A stretch of 64,000 bases of DNA, taken from the NCBI GenBank assembly GCA_946496065.1, contig CAMMFF010000002.1, forward strand, positions 35,916 through 99,915, read 5' to 3'. The notes under the pieces were generated by a model, which saw only the letters and a program-made list of their open reading frames with translations, did not search any database and was not told where the DNA came from. Shown here piece by piece: positions 27,490-37,522 of the stretch (positions are counted from its first letter, which is position 1; each line of letters opens with the position of its first letter). The position numbers and the translations under genes were made by a program. This DNA is from an uncultured Clostridia bacterium. GTDB taxonomy: Bacteria; Bacillota; Clostridia; Christensenellales; UBA1242.

Positions 27490-28158
27490 TTATTCAGATT
27501 TTGCAAGAACCGAACCATCTTCTGTTGAAATTATGATTGAATAATTTTCATTGTCCACATTCAAAACAGTAAAACACCAGAAAACACCATCAAAGTTGTT
27601 CGCTTTCTTGTCCAAAACTCTCAAATAACATTCAGCATTAAGTCCCGCATATGTCTTTTTTGCGGTTATCTTGTCTTCCATCTCAATGCTTGCAATTTCA
27701 AGCGCCTTGTTGTAATCCACGACAAAGTTCGAAGAAAGACATTCAAGATTCAAGGTTATCCCTTCGTAAACAACAGAAATTTGTTCATTGCCAGAAAGTT
27801 CTTTTTCCAAATCTACTAAATAAGCACTGTTCAAAGAATTGATTTCAAGTTCCACTTCGCTTGCCTGTCCATCAATTGAGATTGTCGCCTTAATCACTTT
27901 TGAAGAAATAGGATTTGTCAAATTCAAACTTAAGAGAGCAAAATCAACACTCTCTCCACTTTTTCCATTCAAAAGATAGTCCTTCTCCCTTTGTCCAGAA
28001 GACAACGAGCAATAAAATCCGTCTGTTTCTCCAAAATAATAGACCTTTGAAAGTTCTGACATATTATCTTTGACATGATTTACCGTCGTTTTCCCGCAGG
28101 CAAAACAAGTCAAACCTACACAGACCAGCATCAACATAAGCACAATTTTCTTTTTCAT
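27490..28158 (-). CDS. Putative lipoprotein, unknown function
   Basis: Signal peptide MKKKIVLMLMLVCVGLTCFAC-G. ATG 28158 lies behind SD GAGG. The track start is a GTG inside the SD. Confidence 0.6.
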   Translation of the reverse strand: MKKKIVLMLMLVCVGLTCFACGKTTVNHVKDNMSELSKVYYFGETDGFYCSLSSGQREKDYLLNGKSGESVDFALLSLNLTNPISSKVIKATISIDGQASEVELEINSLNSAYLVDLEKELSGNEQISVVYEGITLNLECLSSNFVVDYNKALEIASIEMEDKITAKKTYAGLNAECYLRVLDKKANNFDGVFWCFTVLNVDNENYSIIISTEDGSVLAKSE

Positions 28159-28250
28159 AGTCACCTCACAAAATATTTATCATATTTCATTAATATGTTT
28201 GTTAAAATTGCAAAATGTGTTAAAATAATGTAGAAAAAGAGGTATTATTG

Positions 28251-29171
28251 ATGAAAACATTAAAATATTATTTCAAAGATTGCAACAAAAATGGCTATTG
28301 TCTTGGTGCATACAATTTCATTAATATGGAAACACTGAAGGCAATATGTGAAGGTTGCAAAAAAAGCCAATCTCCAGCATTAGTGTCAGTCAGTGAAGGC
28401 GCATTGTCATATATGGGAGAAAACTTTATAAAATCCTTGTTTGACAGTGCAAAAAAGACATACAAACTTCCAATCTTTTTGCATCTTGACCACGGAAAAA
28501 GTTATGAGGTCTGCAAAAAAGCTGTTGATTTGGGGTTTGATAGCGTGATGATTGATGGAAGTGCTTTATCCTTTGAAGACAACATCAAATTAACAAAAAA
28601 AGTGGTCAGTTATGCTCATAAAAAAGGTGTGTTTGTTGAAGCAGAACTTGGAGTCTTAGCCGGAGTTGAAGACACAGTGAGTGCAGAAAAGAACATCTAC
28701 ACCGATCCAAAAAGTGCAAAGGAATTTGTTGAAAAAACAGGTTGCGATACTTTGGCTGTTGCCATCGGCACAAGCCATGGTGCTTACAAATTCAAAGGCG
28801 AACAAAAGTTGCGTTTTGACATCTTGAAACAAATTGAAAAAGAGATTCCAAACACCCCACTTGTTTTGCACGGAGCATCAAGCGTGCCACAAAAATATGT
28901 CGAAACAATAAATGAATATGGTGGAGACATGACTGGCGCAGTTGGAATTCCAGAAAAATTCTTGGCAACGGCTGCCTCAAAACATCACATCTACAAAATC
29001 AACTGCGACACAGACATTCGCCTGGCTTACATGGCAACCTTAAGAAAACACCTAAAAGAAAATCCAAAAAATTTTGATATCAGAAAACCAAACACTTTGG
29101 CAATTGAAGAAATCGCAAACATGGTCGCAGAAAAGAACAAAAAAGTTTTCAAAAACAACGGCAGAATATAA
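28251..29171 (+). CDS. fba: Class II fructose-1,6-bisphosphate aldolase
   Basis: HLDHG, GTSHGAYKF and LVLHGASSVP motifs. About 306 aa. SD AGAGG. Confidence 0.93.
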   Translation: MKTLKYYFKDCNKNGYCLGAYNFINMETLKAICEGCKKSQSPALVSVSEGALSYMGENFIKSLFDSAKKTYKLPIFLHLDHGKSYEVCKKAVDLGFDSVMIDGSALSFEDNIKLTKKVVSYAHKKGVFVEAELGVLAGVEDTVSAEKNIYTDPKSAKEFVEKTGCDTLAVAIGTSHGAYKFKGEQKLRFDILKQIEKEIPNTPLVLHGASSVPQKYVETINEYGGDMTGAVGIPEKFLATAASKHHIYKINCDTDIRLAYMATLRKHLKENPKNFDIRKPNTLAIEEIANMVAEKNKKVFKNNGRI

Positions 29172-29177
29172 TCTAAA

Positions 29178-29918
29178 ATGAAAAAGAAAGAAAAAATATC
29201 ACACGAAGGACATCGTGAAAGATTGTTAAATCTTGTTTACAATGTTGGGCTGGAAAATGTCAGTGAAGTGCAAGCGGTTGAATACTTCTTGACATATGTT
29301 TTTCCTCGTGGTGATGTCAACCCACTTGCTCACACACTCCTGAATCGCTTTGGAAATTTCGCAAATATTGTTGATGCGGACTATAATGAACTAATGAAAA
29401 TTGACGGCATCAACGACCGTAGTGCAAAAAGAATCAAGATGATACGTGGTTTCTTCACATATTATCCTTTTGTTAGAATGAAAAAGAGAATAAGTTTGAA
29501 GAACAATCGCGAGTTTTACAGATTCTTAAGTGGCCTTTTGAGATTTGAAGAAACCGAAAATCTTTACATTTTCGCCATAGACCACAGTTTCAAACTTCTT
29601 CAAAAACGCAGTTATGACCTAAACAAGGTTAGACAAGTTGGGATTCAACCAATGGATTTATATAACTACATCTCTTCAACCAAGGCGACATATCTTGCAG
29701 TTGCACACAATCATCCACACGGAACAGCAGAGCCATCTAAGGACGACCATCAAGCAGTCAAATACATTGAACAACTCTTGCAAAATGTTGATTGTAAACT
29801 TCTGGACAGCTTCATTGTTGGAGAAGACGGAATTTACAGCGAACGTAACGATGGTTTCATAGAAAATTTTGACGAAGAAAACATAATAGATTTTCTGGAC
29901 ACATCATCAATAAAATAA
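29178..29918 (+). CDS. radC: RadC-like JAB/MPN domain protein (paralogue 1)
   Basis: 246 aa. N-terminal HEGHRERL plus an HhH-like ELMKIDGINDRSAKRI. JAMM motif AHNHPHG..EPSKDD. Starts 6 nt after fba. Confidence 0.85.
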   Translation: MKKKEKISHEGHRERLLNLVYNVGLENVSEVQAVEYFLTYVFPRGDVNPLAHTLLNRFGNFANIVDADYNELMKIDGINDRSAKRIKMIRGFFTYYPFVRMKKRISLKNNREFYRFLSGLLRFEETENLYIFAIDHSFKLLQKRSYDLNKVRQVGIQPMDLYNYISSTKATYLAVAHNHPHGTAEPSKDDHQAVKYIEQLLQNVDCKLLDSFIVGEDGIYSERNDGFIENFDEENIIDFLDTSSIK

Positions 29919-29945
29919 GGCATGAACACATCTCATGCCTTTTTC
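29919..29945. terminator. Terminator between the convergent radC-1 and MBL genes
   Basis: GGCATGA-ACACATC-TCATGCC followed by TTTTT. An A/T run also lies on the other side. Confidence 0.75.
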
Positions 29946-29957
29946 ATTTGTTTTTTT

Positions 29958-30743
29958 CTATTTTTTCAATTTAAACAATGTTGTCGGTCTTGTCAATGCC
30001 ACATCAATTTTGAAAGTTTCTCCTTCAATCAGTCCATTACCTGCCAATTTGGAAGATATGTAATTGAATGCCAACTCTGGCGTGTTGTTTTCCTTGCTTA
30101 AATGAGACAGAACAATTTGTCTTGTCCCAGTCGTGACAAGTTTTTCAATAAACTCGGCTGACGCATCATTTGACAAGTGCCCATTCTTTCCGGCAATACG
30201 CATCTTCAAAGTCAGAGGATACTTCGCGCAATTTTTGAGCATATTGATGTCGTGATTTGCTTCCAAATAGACAAGTTGACTTCCCTGAACACCTTTCAAT
30301 ATTCTTTCATCTGTGTGCCCAAGATCGGTCAGAATGCTGATTTTTTTGTTATCCTCAGAAATTGAAAATCCAAAGCACTTGACATCGTGTGGAACTTCAA
30401 TCGGAGAGATAACCAAATCTTTGACAGCAAATGTGTCTGTGAAAATCTTTTTATTTTTATCAGGAACTTTTTGCAGTTTGTCATAAAGCCCCGCCCAGAC
30501 TTCGTCATGGGCATAAACAGGAATGTTGAACTTTCTGCTGAAAACATCAACTCCTTTGATGTGGTCAACATGTTCATGAGTGATTACAATTCCATCAATC
30601 TGATTCCCGTCAATTCCAATCATTGAAAGGCGGTTTTGAGTTTCTTTGCATGAAAGACCATCATCGACCAAAATTCGGGCGTTGTCAGTTTCAACATATG
30701 TCAAATTTCCGTCACTTCCAGATGACAAATTAATCACTCTCAT
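29958..30743 (-). CDS. MBL-fold metallo-hydrolase (YycJ/WalJ-like)
   Basis: 261 aa. HEHVDH (HxHxDH) motif with later conserved His/Asp positions. Confidence 0.85.
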   Translation of the reverse strand: MRVINLSSGSDGNLTYVETDNARILVDDGLSCKETQNRLSMIGIDGNQIDGIVITHEHVDHIKGVDVFSRKFNIPVYAHDEVWAGLYDKLQKVPDKNKKIFTDTFAVKDLVISPIEVPHDVKCFGFSISEDNKKISILTDLGHTDERILKGVQGSQLVYLEANHDINMLKNCAKYPLTLKMRIAGKNGHLSNDASAEFIEKLVTTGTRQIVLSHLSKENNTPELAFNYISSKLAGNGLIEGETFKIDVALTRPTTLFKLKK

Positions 30744-30799
30744 TGTGCATATATTTTACAACATTTCATTGTCATTTGTCAATTTTCTTATGACACCCA

Positions 30800-30834
30800 A
30801 AATAAAGAAAAATCATGCAAAATCACTGCATGAT
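30800..30834 (-). terminator. Intrinsic terminator after uvrA
   Basis: Minus strand: ATCATGCA-GTGATTT-TGCATGAT followed by TTTTCTTTATTTT. Confidence 0.7.
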
Positions 30835-30864
30835 TGATTCTCTTGAAAAAGCATTTTCAAAACA

Positions 30865-33684
30865 CTACTTATTTTCCAAAATTTTCTTTAAGAATTTTCC
30901 TGTCCAACTTCTTTCGCACTCAGCAATTTCTTCAGGAGTTCCTGTCGCAACAATCGTTCCGCCCTCATCTCCACCTTCCGGTCCAATGTCAATGATGTAG
31001 TCAGCACACTTAATGACATCAAGATTGTGCTCAATGACAACAACCGAATTGCCGTTTCCAATCAAGCGGTCAAGAATGGCAATCAACTTCTTCACATCAT
31101 ACATATGAAGTCCAGTTGTTGGTTCGTCCAAAATATACATCGTCTTTCCGGTGTCCTTTCTTGAAAGTTCTGTTGCAAGTTTAACTCTTTGCGCTTCACC
31201 TCCTGACAAAGTGGTCGCAGGCTGACCAAGTTTGATGTAAGAAAGACCAACATCATAAAGTGCTTGAATTTTGTTTTTAATTGAAGGAATGTTTTCAAAA
31301 AATTTCAAAGCTTCTTCAACCGTCATATCAAGCACATCGCTGATTGTTTTGCCTTTGTATTTCACTTCAAGGGTTTCACGATTGTATCTCTTTCCATGGC
31401 AAACCTCACAAGGAACAGTGATGTCAGGCAAGAAATACATCTCAATTTCTTTCACACCAGCACCTTCACAAGCTTCACATCTTCCGCCCTTGATGTTGAA
31501 ACTGAATCTTCCAGAATTAAACCCACGAGCTTTTGCATCTGGTGTTGCAGCAAACAAATCTCTGATTGCCGTAAACACACCAGTGTAAGTTGCAGGATTG
31601 CTTCTTGGCGTTCTTCCAATTGGTGCTTGGTCAATGTTGATAACCTTGTCCAAAACTTCGACATTCTTGATTTCTTTAAATTCCCCAAGTTCAAGTTTGC
31701 TGTTGTTCAAAAGATTTGAAAGATAAGGGAACAAAATTCCATTAATCAAACTTGATTTTCCACTTCCAGAAACACCTGTGACAACGGTCAAAATTCCAGT
31801 TGGGATTTTCACATCAATGTTTTTGAGATTGTTTTCTCTTGCCCCAACGATTGTCAAAAAGTCTTTTGGCTTTCTTCTTGTCGCTGGAATCTCAATTTTT
31901 TCATCACCTCTCAAAAATTTTGCAGTGATTGAATTTTTGTTCTTCAAAACTTGTTCCACAGTTCCGCAAGCAACAATCTCTCCGCCATGCACACCTGCAT
32001 AAGGGCCAACATCAACCAAATAATCTGCCGCCCTAATGGTGTCCTCATCATGTTCAACAACAATCAAAGTGTTTCCGAGATCCTTCAATTTTTTAAGTGT
32101 GTTGAGAAGTTTTTCATTATCTCTTTGATGGAGTCCAATTGAAGGTTCATCCAAGATATACAAAACGCCAACAAGTCCGCTTCCAATTTGAGTTGCCAAT
32201 CTAATTCTTTGTGCTTCGCCACCTGACAAACTTTCTGCAGAACGATTTAATGTCAAATAAGAAAGCCCAACATCTTGCAAAAAGTTAAGTCTCGCCAAAA
32301 TTTCTTTCAAAATAGGTTCAGCAATTTGTGTTTTGACCTTATTTAAATTCAAATTTTCAAAAATTGGAATTAAATTTCTGACGCTTTGACTGCAATAATC
32401 GTCAATGTCCTTTCTATTTATTTTCACAGAAAGAGCAGATTCGTTCAAACGTTTGCCATGACAAACACTGCAAGTTTGCTCTCTCATAAATCTTCCAATT
32501 TCAAATTTGACATATTCACTTGTTGTTTCTTTATATCTTCTTCTGAGATTGTTGACAATACCTTCAAAAACCACAGAAATCATTCTCTTCCCGTGTTCAT
32601 TGTCAACTTCAACATCAATCTTTTCACTGCCTGAACCATACAGCAAAATTTTAATTTTATCTTTAGAAAGTTCATTGACAGGTTTGTCCAAATCTATGTC
32701 AAATACCTTCGACAACGCAACAAAATATGCTTTTGCCATAGAACCCTCTTCCATTCTCCAACCAGTCAAATTAAATGCACCTTGATTGATGGACAAATTC
32801 GAATTTTTAAGCACAATACCTTCATCAATGTCAAGTGTGTAACCAAGTCCCGTACAATTTGGGCAGGCTCCATATGGAGCATTGAATGAGAACAATCTTG
32901 GCGTGATCTCTTCCAACGTCCAACCACATTCTGGACAGGCATAGTTGGTGGAATATAATTCTCTTTTGTCGTCAGTCGCAACAACAACCAAACCATCAGC
33001 CAACTTCAACGCTGTTTCCAAACTGCCTGCAAGTCTTGTGTCTTTTCCTTCTTTCAAAGTTATTCTGTCGATGACAACATTGATGTTGTGTTTGATGTTT
33101 TTGTCAAGAGAGATAGTTTCATCCAATGTAAAAACATTTCCGTCCACTTCAACACGGACGTAACCACTTCTTTTGAGAGAATCCAAAAGTTTTTCGTGCC
33201 TTCCTTTTTGACCACGGATAACTGGAGCAAGCACAGTGATTTTTGCGCCTTCTCCAAGTTCTTTGATGCTGTCAACAATTTGGTCAACCGTTTGCTGCTT
33301 AACTTCTCTGTTGCAGTGTGGACAATATGGGGTTCCAACACGAGCAAAAAGCAAACGCAAATAATCATAAATCTCTGTCACAGTTCCAACTGTCGAACGA
33401 GGGTTTCTGTTTGTTGTTTTTTGGTCAATTGAAATTGCAGGAGAAAGTCCTTCAATAACTTCCACGTCTGGCTTTTGAGCTGCTCCCAAAAATTGACGAG
33501 CATAAGAAGACAAACTTTCAATATAACGTCTTTGCCCTTCAGCAAAAATAGTTCCAAAAGCCAATGATGACTTGCCCGAACCACTGACACCAGTAAAGAC
33601 AATGAATTTGTCTCTTGGCAGTTCAAGACTGACATTTTTAAGATTGTTTTCTTTTGCACCTTTAATTATGATAGAATTTTTCAT
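30865..33684 (-). CDS. uvrA: Excinuclease ABC subunit A
   Basis: 939 aa with two ABC modules (GVSGSGKSSL twice) and Zn-finger cysteines (CPHC, CPECG, CEACEGAG). Confidence 0.99.
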   Translation of the reverse strand: MKNSIIIKGAKENNLKNVSLELPRDKFIVFTGVSGSGKSSLAFGTIFAEGQRRYIESLSSYARQFLGAAQKPDVEVIEGLSPAISIDQKTTNRNPRSTVGTVTEIYDYLRLLFARVGTPYCPHCNREVKQQTVDQIVDSIKELGEGAKITVLAPVIRGQKGRHEKLLDSLKRSGYVRVEVDGNVFTLDETISLDKNIKHNINVVIDRITLKEGKDTRLAGSLETALKLADGLVVVATDDKRELYSTNYACPECGWTLEEITPRLFSFNAPYGACPNCTGLGYTLDIDEGIVLKNSNLSINQGAFNLTGWRMEEGSMAKAYFVALSKVFDIDLDKPVNELSKDKIKILLYGSGSEKIDVEVDNEHGKRMISVVFEGIVNNLRRRYKETTSEYVKFEIGRFMREQTCSVCHGKRLNESALSVKINRKDIDDYCSQSVRNLIPIFENLNLNKVKTQIAEPILKEILARLNFLQDVGLSYLTLNRSAESLSGGEAQRIRLATQIGSGLVGVLYILDEPSIGLHQRDNEKLLNTLKKLKDLGNTLIVVEHDEDTIRAADYLVDVGPYAGVHGGEIVACGTVEQVLKNKNSITAKFLRGDEKIEIPATRRKPKDFLTIVGARENNLKNIDVKIPTGILTVVTGVSGSGKSSLINGILFPYLSNLLNNSKLELGEFKEIKNVEVLDKVINIDQAPIGRTPRSNPATYTGVFTAIRDLFAATPDAKARGFNSGRFSFNIKGGRCEACEGAGVKEIEMYFLPDITVPCEVCHGKRYNRETLEVKYKGKTISDVLDMTVEEALKFFENIPSIKNKIQALYDVGLSYIKLGQPATTLSGGEAQRVKLATELSRKDTGKTMYILDEPTTGLHMYDVKKLIAILDRLIGNGNSVVVIEHNLDVIKCADYIIDIGPEGGDEGGTIVATGTPEEIAECERSWTGKFLKKILENK

Positions 33685-33712
33685 TTTTACTCCATTAAAA
33701 TATCTTCATATT

Positions 33713-33741
33713 ATTATACCACAAAATCACACACTTAACAA
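33713..33741 (-). promoter_or_regulatory. uvrA promoter
   Basis: Minus strand: TTGTTA, 17 nt, TGG-TATAAT. Confidence 0.5.
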
Positions 33742-33756
33742 GTATAAAATAAATAA

Positions 33757-33793
33757 CAAAAAAAGAAAATAACCAGCATTTTCGGTTATCTTC
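33757..33793 (-). terminator. Intrinsic terminator after uvrB
   Basis: Minus strand: GAAGATAACC-GAAAATGCT-GGTTATTTTC followed by TTTTTTT. Confidence 0.7.
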
Positions 33794-33816
33794 TTTTAAA
33801 CTTATTTACAATTTTC

Positions 33817-35787
33817 TTATTCAATCTTATCCTTACGATTCAGTCGTTTCTTAAGGTTGTTTATCTTATTTCTAAGCTCAATCGCTCTTTCAAAATCCAG
33901 TTGAGAAGATGCGATTTTCATCATAGAAGTCAAGCGGTCAATTTCTTTTGGGATATCCTTTTTGGCGATTGAATTTTCGCTGACCTTCTTGCTTATATCC
34001 AAGGTGTTCTTGACTTCTTTAATAATTGTTTTTGGCACAATTCCATGCTTTTGATTGTAAGCCTCTTGCAAACTTCGACGTCTTTCTGTTTCATCAATCG
34101 CATTTTTCATTGACTTTGTGACCGTGTCAGCAAACATGATAACTCTTCCATTCGCATTTCTTGCTGCTCTTCCAATTGTCTGAATCAAAGCCCCTTCACT
34201 ACGCAAAAAGCCTTCTTTATCCGCGTCTAAAATGCAAACAAGTTCAACTTCAGGCATATCAAGTCCCTCTCTCAAAAGGTTGATTCCAACCAAGATGTCA
34301 AATTCTCCCTGTCTCAAACCATTGATAATTTCCACTCTTTCCATTGTGTCAATTTCTGAGTGCAAATATTTCACCTTAAACTCTCTGTCCGCCAAATATG
34401 TCGTCAAACTTTCTGCCATTTTTTTTGTCAGAGTTGTGACAAGGATTCTGGCACCTCTTTCAATTGTCTTTCTGCACTCTTCCATCAAAACTTCAATTTG
34501 GTTTTTGATTGGTTTGAGTTCAATTTTAGGGTCAAGGAGTCCAGTCGGTCTGATAACTTGCTCAACAACTTGTTCTGCCTTTTCAAGTTCGTAAGGTCCG
34601 GGTGTTGCAGAAACATAAATTGTCTGCTTAAGTCTCTTTTCAAATTCATCAAATTTCAAAGGTCTGTTGTCTCTGGCCGCTTCTAAACGAAATCCATATT
34701 CAACTAATGAATTTTTTCTTGCCCTGTCACCATTGTACATTGCACGTATTTGAGGCAGTGTCATATGACTTTCATCAATAATAGTCAAAAAATCTTTTGG
34801 AAAATAATCAATAAGCGTGAAAGGTGGTTCTCCTGGTTTTCTGCCGTCAAAATATCTTGAATAATTTTCAATGCCACTGCAATAGCCAACTTCTTTCATC
34901 ATTTCAAGATCATAAGCCACACGCTGTCCAATTCTTTCCGCTTCCAATGGTTTGTTTTCTGCTTCAAATTTTTTTATTGCCTTTTCTCTGTCCTGCTCAA
35001 TCTCTGCAATGGCATTCTTCAATGTGTTGCTCCCTACGGCATAATGTGTTGCAGGATAAATTGCCACATAACTCACTTCGTTAAGCAAATTTCCACTTAC
35101 AGGATCAAATTCAAAAATCTTTTCAACTTCGTCACCAAAAAATCTGACACGAATTGCCATTTCGCTTTGGTTTGCAGGAAAAATGTCAACAACATCCCCC
35201 TTTACTCTGAAAGTGGTTCTTTTAAAGTCAATATCATTTCTAGTATATTGAATCGCAATCAAATGATTAATCAAATCATCTCTGTCATATTCTTCACCCT
35301 CTCTTAATGAGATGTGCAAATTGTGATATTCTTCAGGGCTTCCCAAACCATAAATGCAAGAAACAGAAGCCACAACAATAGTGTCTCGACGCTCAAGAAG
35401 TGAAGATGTTGCAGACGAACGAAGTTTATCAATATCTTCATTGACACTCATATCTTTTTCGATGTATGTGTCAGTTGAAACAATGTAGGCTTCTGGTTGG
35501 TAATAATCATAATATGAAACAAAATATTCCACACGATTGTTTGGAAAAAATTCACGAAATTCATTGCAAAGTTGAGCAGCCAATGTTTTGTTATGTGCAA
35601 TAACAAGCGTAGGCTTTTGCACTTTTTGAATTATGTTTGCCATAGTAAAGGTTTTCCCAGAACCCGTTACCCCAAGCAAAACCTGGTCTTTCAAACCATC
35701 TTCAATTCCATTGACAAGTTTTTCAATTGCTTCAGGCTGGTCTCCCGCCGGCTTATATTTAGATTTTAACTCAAACTTTTCTTCCAT
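33817..35787 (-). CDS. uvrB: Excinuclease ABC subunit B
   Basis: 656 aa. [17 protein letters not shown] and DESH motifs, plus the C-terminal UVR domain ([13 protein letters not shown]). Confidence 0.99.
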   Translation of the reverse strand: MEEKFELKSKYKPAGDQPEAIEKLVNGIEDGLKDQVLLGVTGSGKTFTMANIIQKVQKPTLVIAHNKTLAAQLCNEFREFFPNNRVEYFVSYYDYYQPEAYIVSTDTYIEKDMSVNEDIDKLRSSATSSLLERRDTIVVASVSCIYGLGSPEEYHNLHISLREGEEYDRDDLINHLIAIQYTRNDIDFKRTTFRVKGDVVDIFPANQSEMAIRVRFFGDEVEKIFEFDPVSGNLLNEVSYVAIYPATHYAVGSNTLKNAIAEIEQDREKAIKKFEAENKPLEAERIGQRVAYDLEMMKEVGYCSGIENYSRYFDGRKPGEPPFTLIDYFPKDFLTIIDESHMTLPQIRAMYNGDRARKNSLVEYGFRLEAARDNRPLKFDEFEKRLKQTIYVSATPGPYELEKAEQVVEQVIRPTGLLDPKIELKPIKNQIEVLMEECRKTIERGARILVTTLTKKMAESLTTYLADREFKVKYLHSEIDTMERVEIINGLRQGEFDILVGINLLREGLDMPEVELVCILDADKEGFLRSEGALIQTIGRAARNANGRVIMFADTVTKSMKNAIDETERRRSLQEAYNQKHGIVPKTIIKEVKNTLDISKKVSENSIAKKDIPKEIDRLTSMMKIASSQLDFERAIELRNKINNLKKRLNRKDKIE

Positions 35788-35878
35788 GTTTGTATTTTAA
35801 CACATTTTATCAAAAAAAACTATACAAATTAGAACGCAAAACAGAAATTTTATCACTCTATATCAACAATTCTCAAAA

Positions 35879-36262
35879 TTATTTAAATATCGCTTTCAAA
35901 ATCATACCAAAAACAAAGCTGACCGTTGCCAAAAACATACTGCGGAGGATTAGAAGTCCAAAAGTTCTTCTGTTTTTCCTGGTATCTGTATTAAACGTCT
36001 GCCCACTTTTCTTCAAGTTTACACAATAAAAATATCCCTTTTTGCTGTCCGAAACCACAAAATCAATATAATTTTCATTTGAAAGTTCCACCATGATCTC
36101 ATCAATTTCCTCCACAGAAAGAACATACTTTTTTGATAAGGCCTGCGTAATTTCTTGCGGAGAAATAAGATATGTCCTTTTCTGTTGACACTTTGAACAT
36201 AAATATGACATAACCATTTTTTCTTTTTTAGTCATAACAGCCTTTTTCTTTAATTTTTCCAA
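35879..36262 (-). CDS. Small C-terminally membrane-anchored protein, winged-helix-like N-terminus (tentative); paralogue A
   Basis: 127-aa ORF. The real start may be an internal ATG near 36235. Basic linker (TRKNRR) followed by one C-terminal TM helix. Alignable by eye with the divergent neighbour. Confidence 0.5.
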   Translation of the reverse strand: MEKLKKKAVMTKKEKMVMSYLCSKCQQKRTYLISPQEITQALSKKYVLSVEEIDEIMVELSNENYIDFVVSDSKKGYFYCVNLKKSGQTFNTDTRKNRRTFGLLILRSMFLATVSFVFGMILKAIFK

Positions 36263-36292
36263 AATTAGCTCAATTTATGCGGAAATCAAAAG

Positions 36293-36715
36293 ATGTATAA
36301 GAACATAATAAAAAGCAAAACTAAGATTATGATAGACACAAAATCGAAACTTGTTCTGAAAATTCTCGCAAATGAATGTAGCGATGGAAACTATAAAATT
36401 GTCGAAGTTTCGGACATAATAATGTCTCTTCCTCGACATTTCAGAATGGATAGCGAAGCGGTCAAACACATCTTGACACACCTTGAGCGCCAAGATTTTA
36501 TTTCAATCAAATATGATGACGATGACGTATATTGCCTGGCAGTTCTCCCTTGTGGATTTGAAGTGCTGGAAAATGACAAACCCAAATACATCAAAAAGGA
36601 AAAAACAAAAGAAAAGAAATTAAATATAGCAACCATACTTCTCAGTTTTCTATCTGCTCTGGTTGGAACAACCTTAGGCATAATAATCTGCTATTTCCTT
36701 TTAAAACTTTTCTAA
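36293..36715 (+). CDS. Small C-terminally membrane-anchored protein, winged-helix-like N-terminus (tentative); paralogue B
   Basis: 140-aa ORF. The real start may be ATG 36329 (MIDTKSKLVLKIL...). Lys-rich linker followed by a C-terminal TM helix. Confidence 0.5.
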   Translation: MYKNIIKSKTKIMIDTKSKLVLKILANECSDGNYKIVEVSDIIMSLPRHFRMDSEAVKHILTHLERQDFISIKYDDDDVYCLAVLPCGFEVLENDKPKYIKKEKTKEKKLNIATILLSFLSALVGTTLGIIICYFLLKLF

Positions 36716-36729
36716 AAAATGTTTTCAAA

Positions 36730-36760
36730 CAAAAAAACTCAGCTTTCGCTGAGTTTTAAT
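36730..36760. terminator. Bidirectional terminator between paralogue B and radC-2
   Basis: AAAAAAACTCAGC-TTTC-GCTGAGTTTTAATTTT. Confidence 0.75.
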
Positions 36761-36761
36761 T

Positions 36762-37502
36762 TTATTTAACAACCGAACTGAATGCCTCTTTAAGTTGTTC
36801 AATGTCATAATAATGCCTAACTATTTGGTTGGCTTTCATGCTGTAAACACCCTCTTCTCCAACTATGTATGAATCAATAAAATTAACTCCACAAGTTGTG
36901 CAAAGATTATTAATGATGTCAAAGCCCTCTTTGTCTTCTTCAGAAGGCACTGCTTTCCCATATGGATGACAGTGAGCAACCACAAGAGAAACAGGTTTTG
37001 AAGTTGCCATAAACTTGGTCAATTCCAAAACAGGAATTCCGACCATGCTTGAATTGTGCATATTAATTCGTCGCTTGTGCGTAATAATGTTTCCAGCACT
37101 GATGGCAAGAATGAGCATATTTTCAGCGGTACGAAAACGTAAATGGTCTTCAATGACATCAATAATGTCGCCGATGTTTTTAACAACATATTTTCTGCCC
37201 ATTTTTGCAGAAGTGTAGTAATAGAACAACTCGCCAAACATACTGATTTTCTTGGCAGCACGTTCATTGATTCCATCAATTCTCATAAGATCATTGACAT
37301 CAGCATCAACAATTTGAGCAAAGGTTTCGTATTCTTCCAAAAGACGATGAGCGAGAGGGTTGACATCTCCACGAGGGAAGATATAAGTCAAGAAAAACTC
37401 AACGACTTGAATATCACTCATATTGTCAACCCCTGCATTCAGGGCCAAATCCAGCAATCTCACACGATGCCCCTCGTGCAATTTCCCATCATTTTTCTTC
37501 AT
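36762..37502 (-). CDS. radC: RadC-like JAB/MPN domain protein (paralogue 2)
   Basis: 246 aa, colinear with paralogue 1 (HEGHRVRL, FLTYIFPRGDVNPLAH, LMRIDGINERAAKKI, AHCHPYG..VPSEED). SD AGGAG. Starts 20 nt after the giant-gene stop. Confidence 0.85.
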   Translation of the reverse strand: MKKNDGKLHEGHRVRLLDLALNAGVDNMSDIQVVEFFLTYIFPRGDVNPLAHRLLEEYETFAQIVDADVNDLMRIDGINERAAKKISMFGELFYYYTSAKMGRKYVVKNIGDIIDVIEDHLRFRTAENMLILAISAGNIITHKRRINMHNSSMVGIPVLELTKFMATSKPVSLVVAHCHPYGKAVPSEEDKEGFDIINNLCTTCGVNFIDSYIVGEEGVYSMKANQIVRHYYDIEQLKEAFSSVVK

Positions 37503-37522
37503 AAAAATCTCCTATCTTTCAA

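Noticed and set aside
35831-35846. Possible LexA/Cheo box upstream of uvrB (AGAACGCAAAACAG).
   Set aside because: Only one half-site (GAAC/GTTC) is present. The second half does not match GAAC-N4-GTTC.
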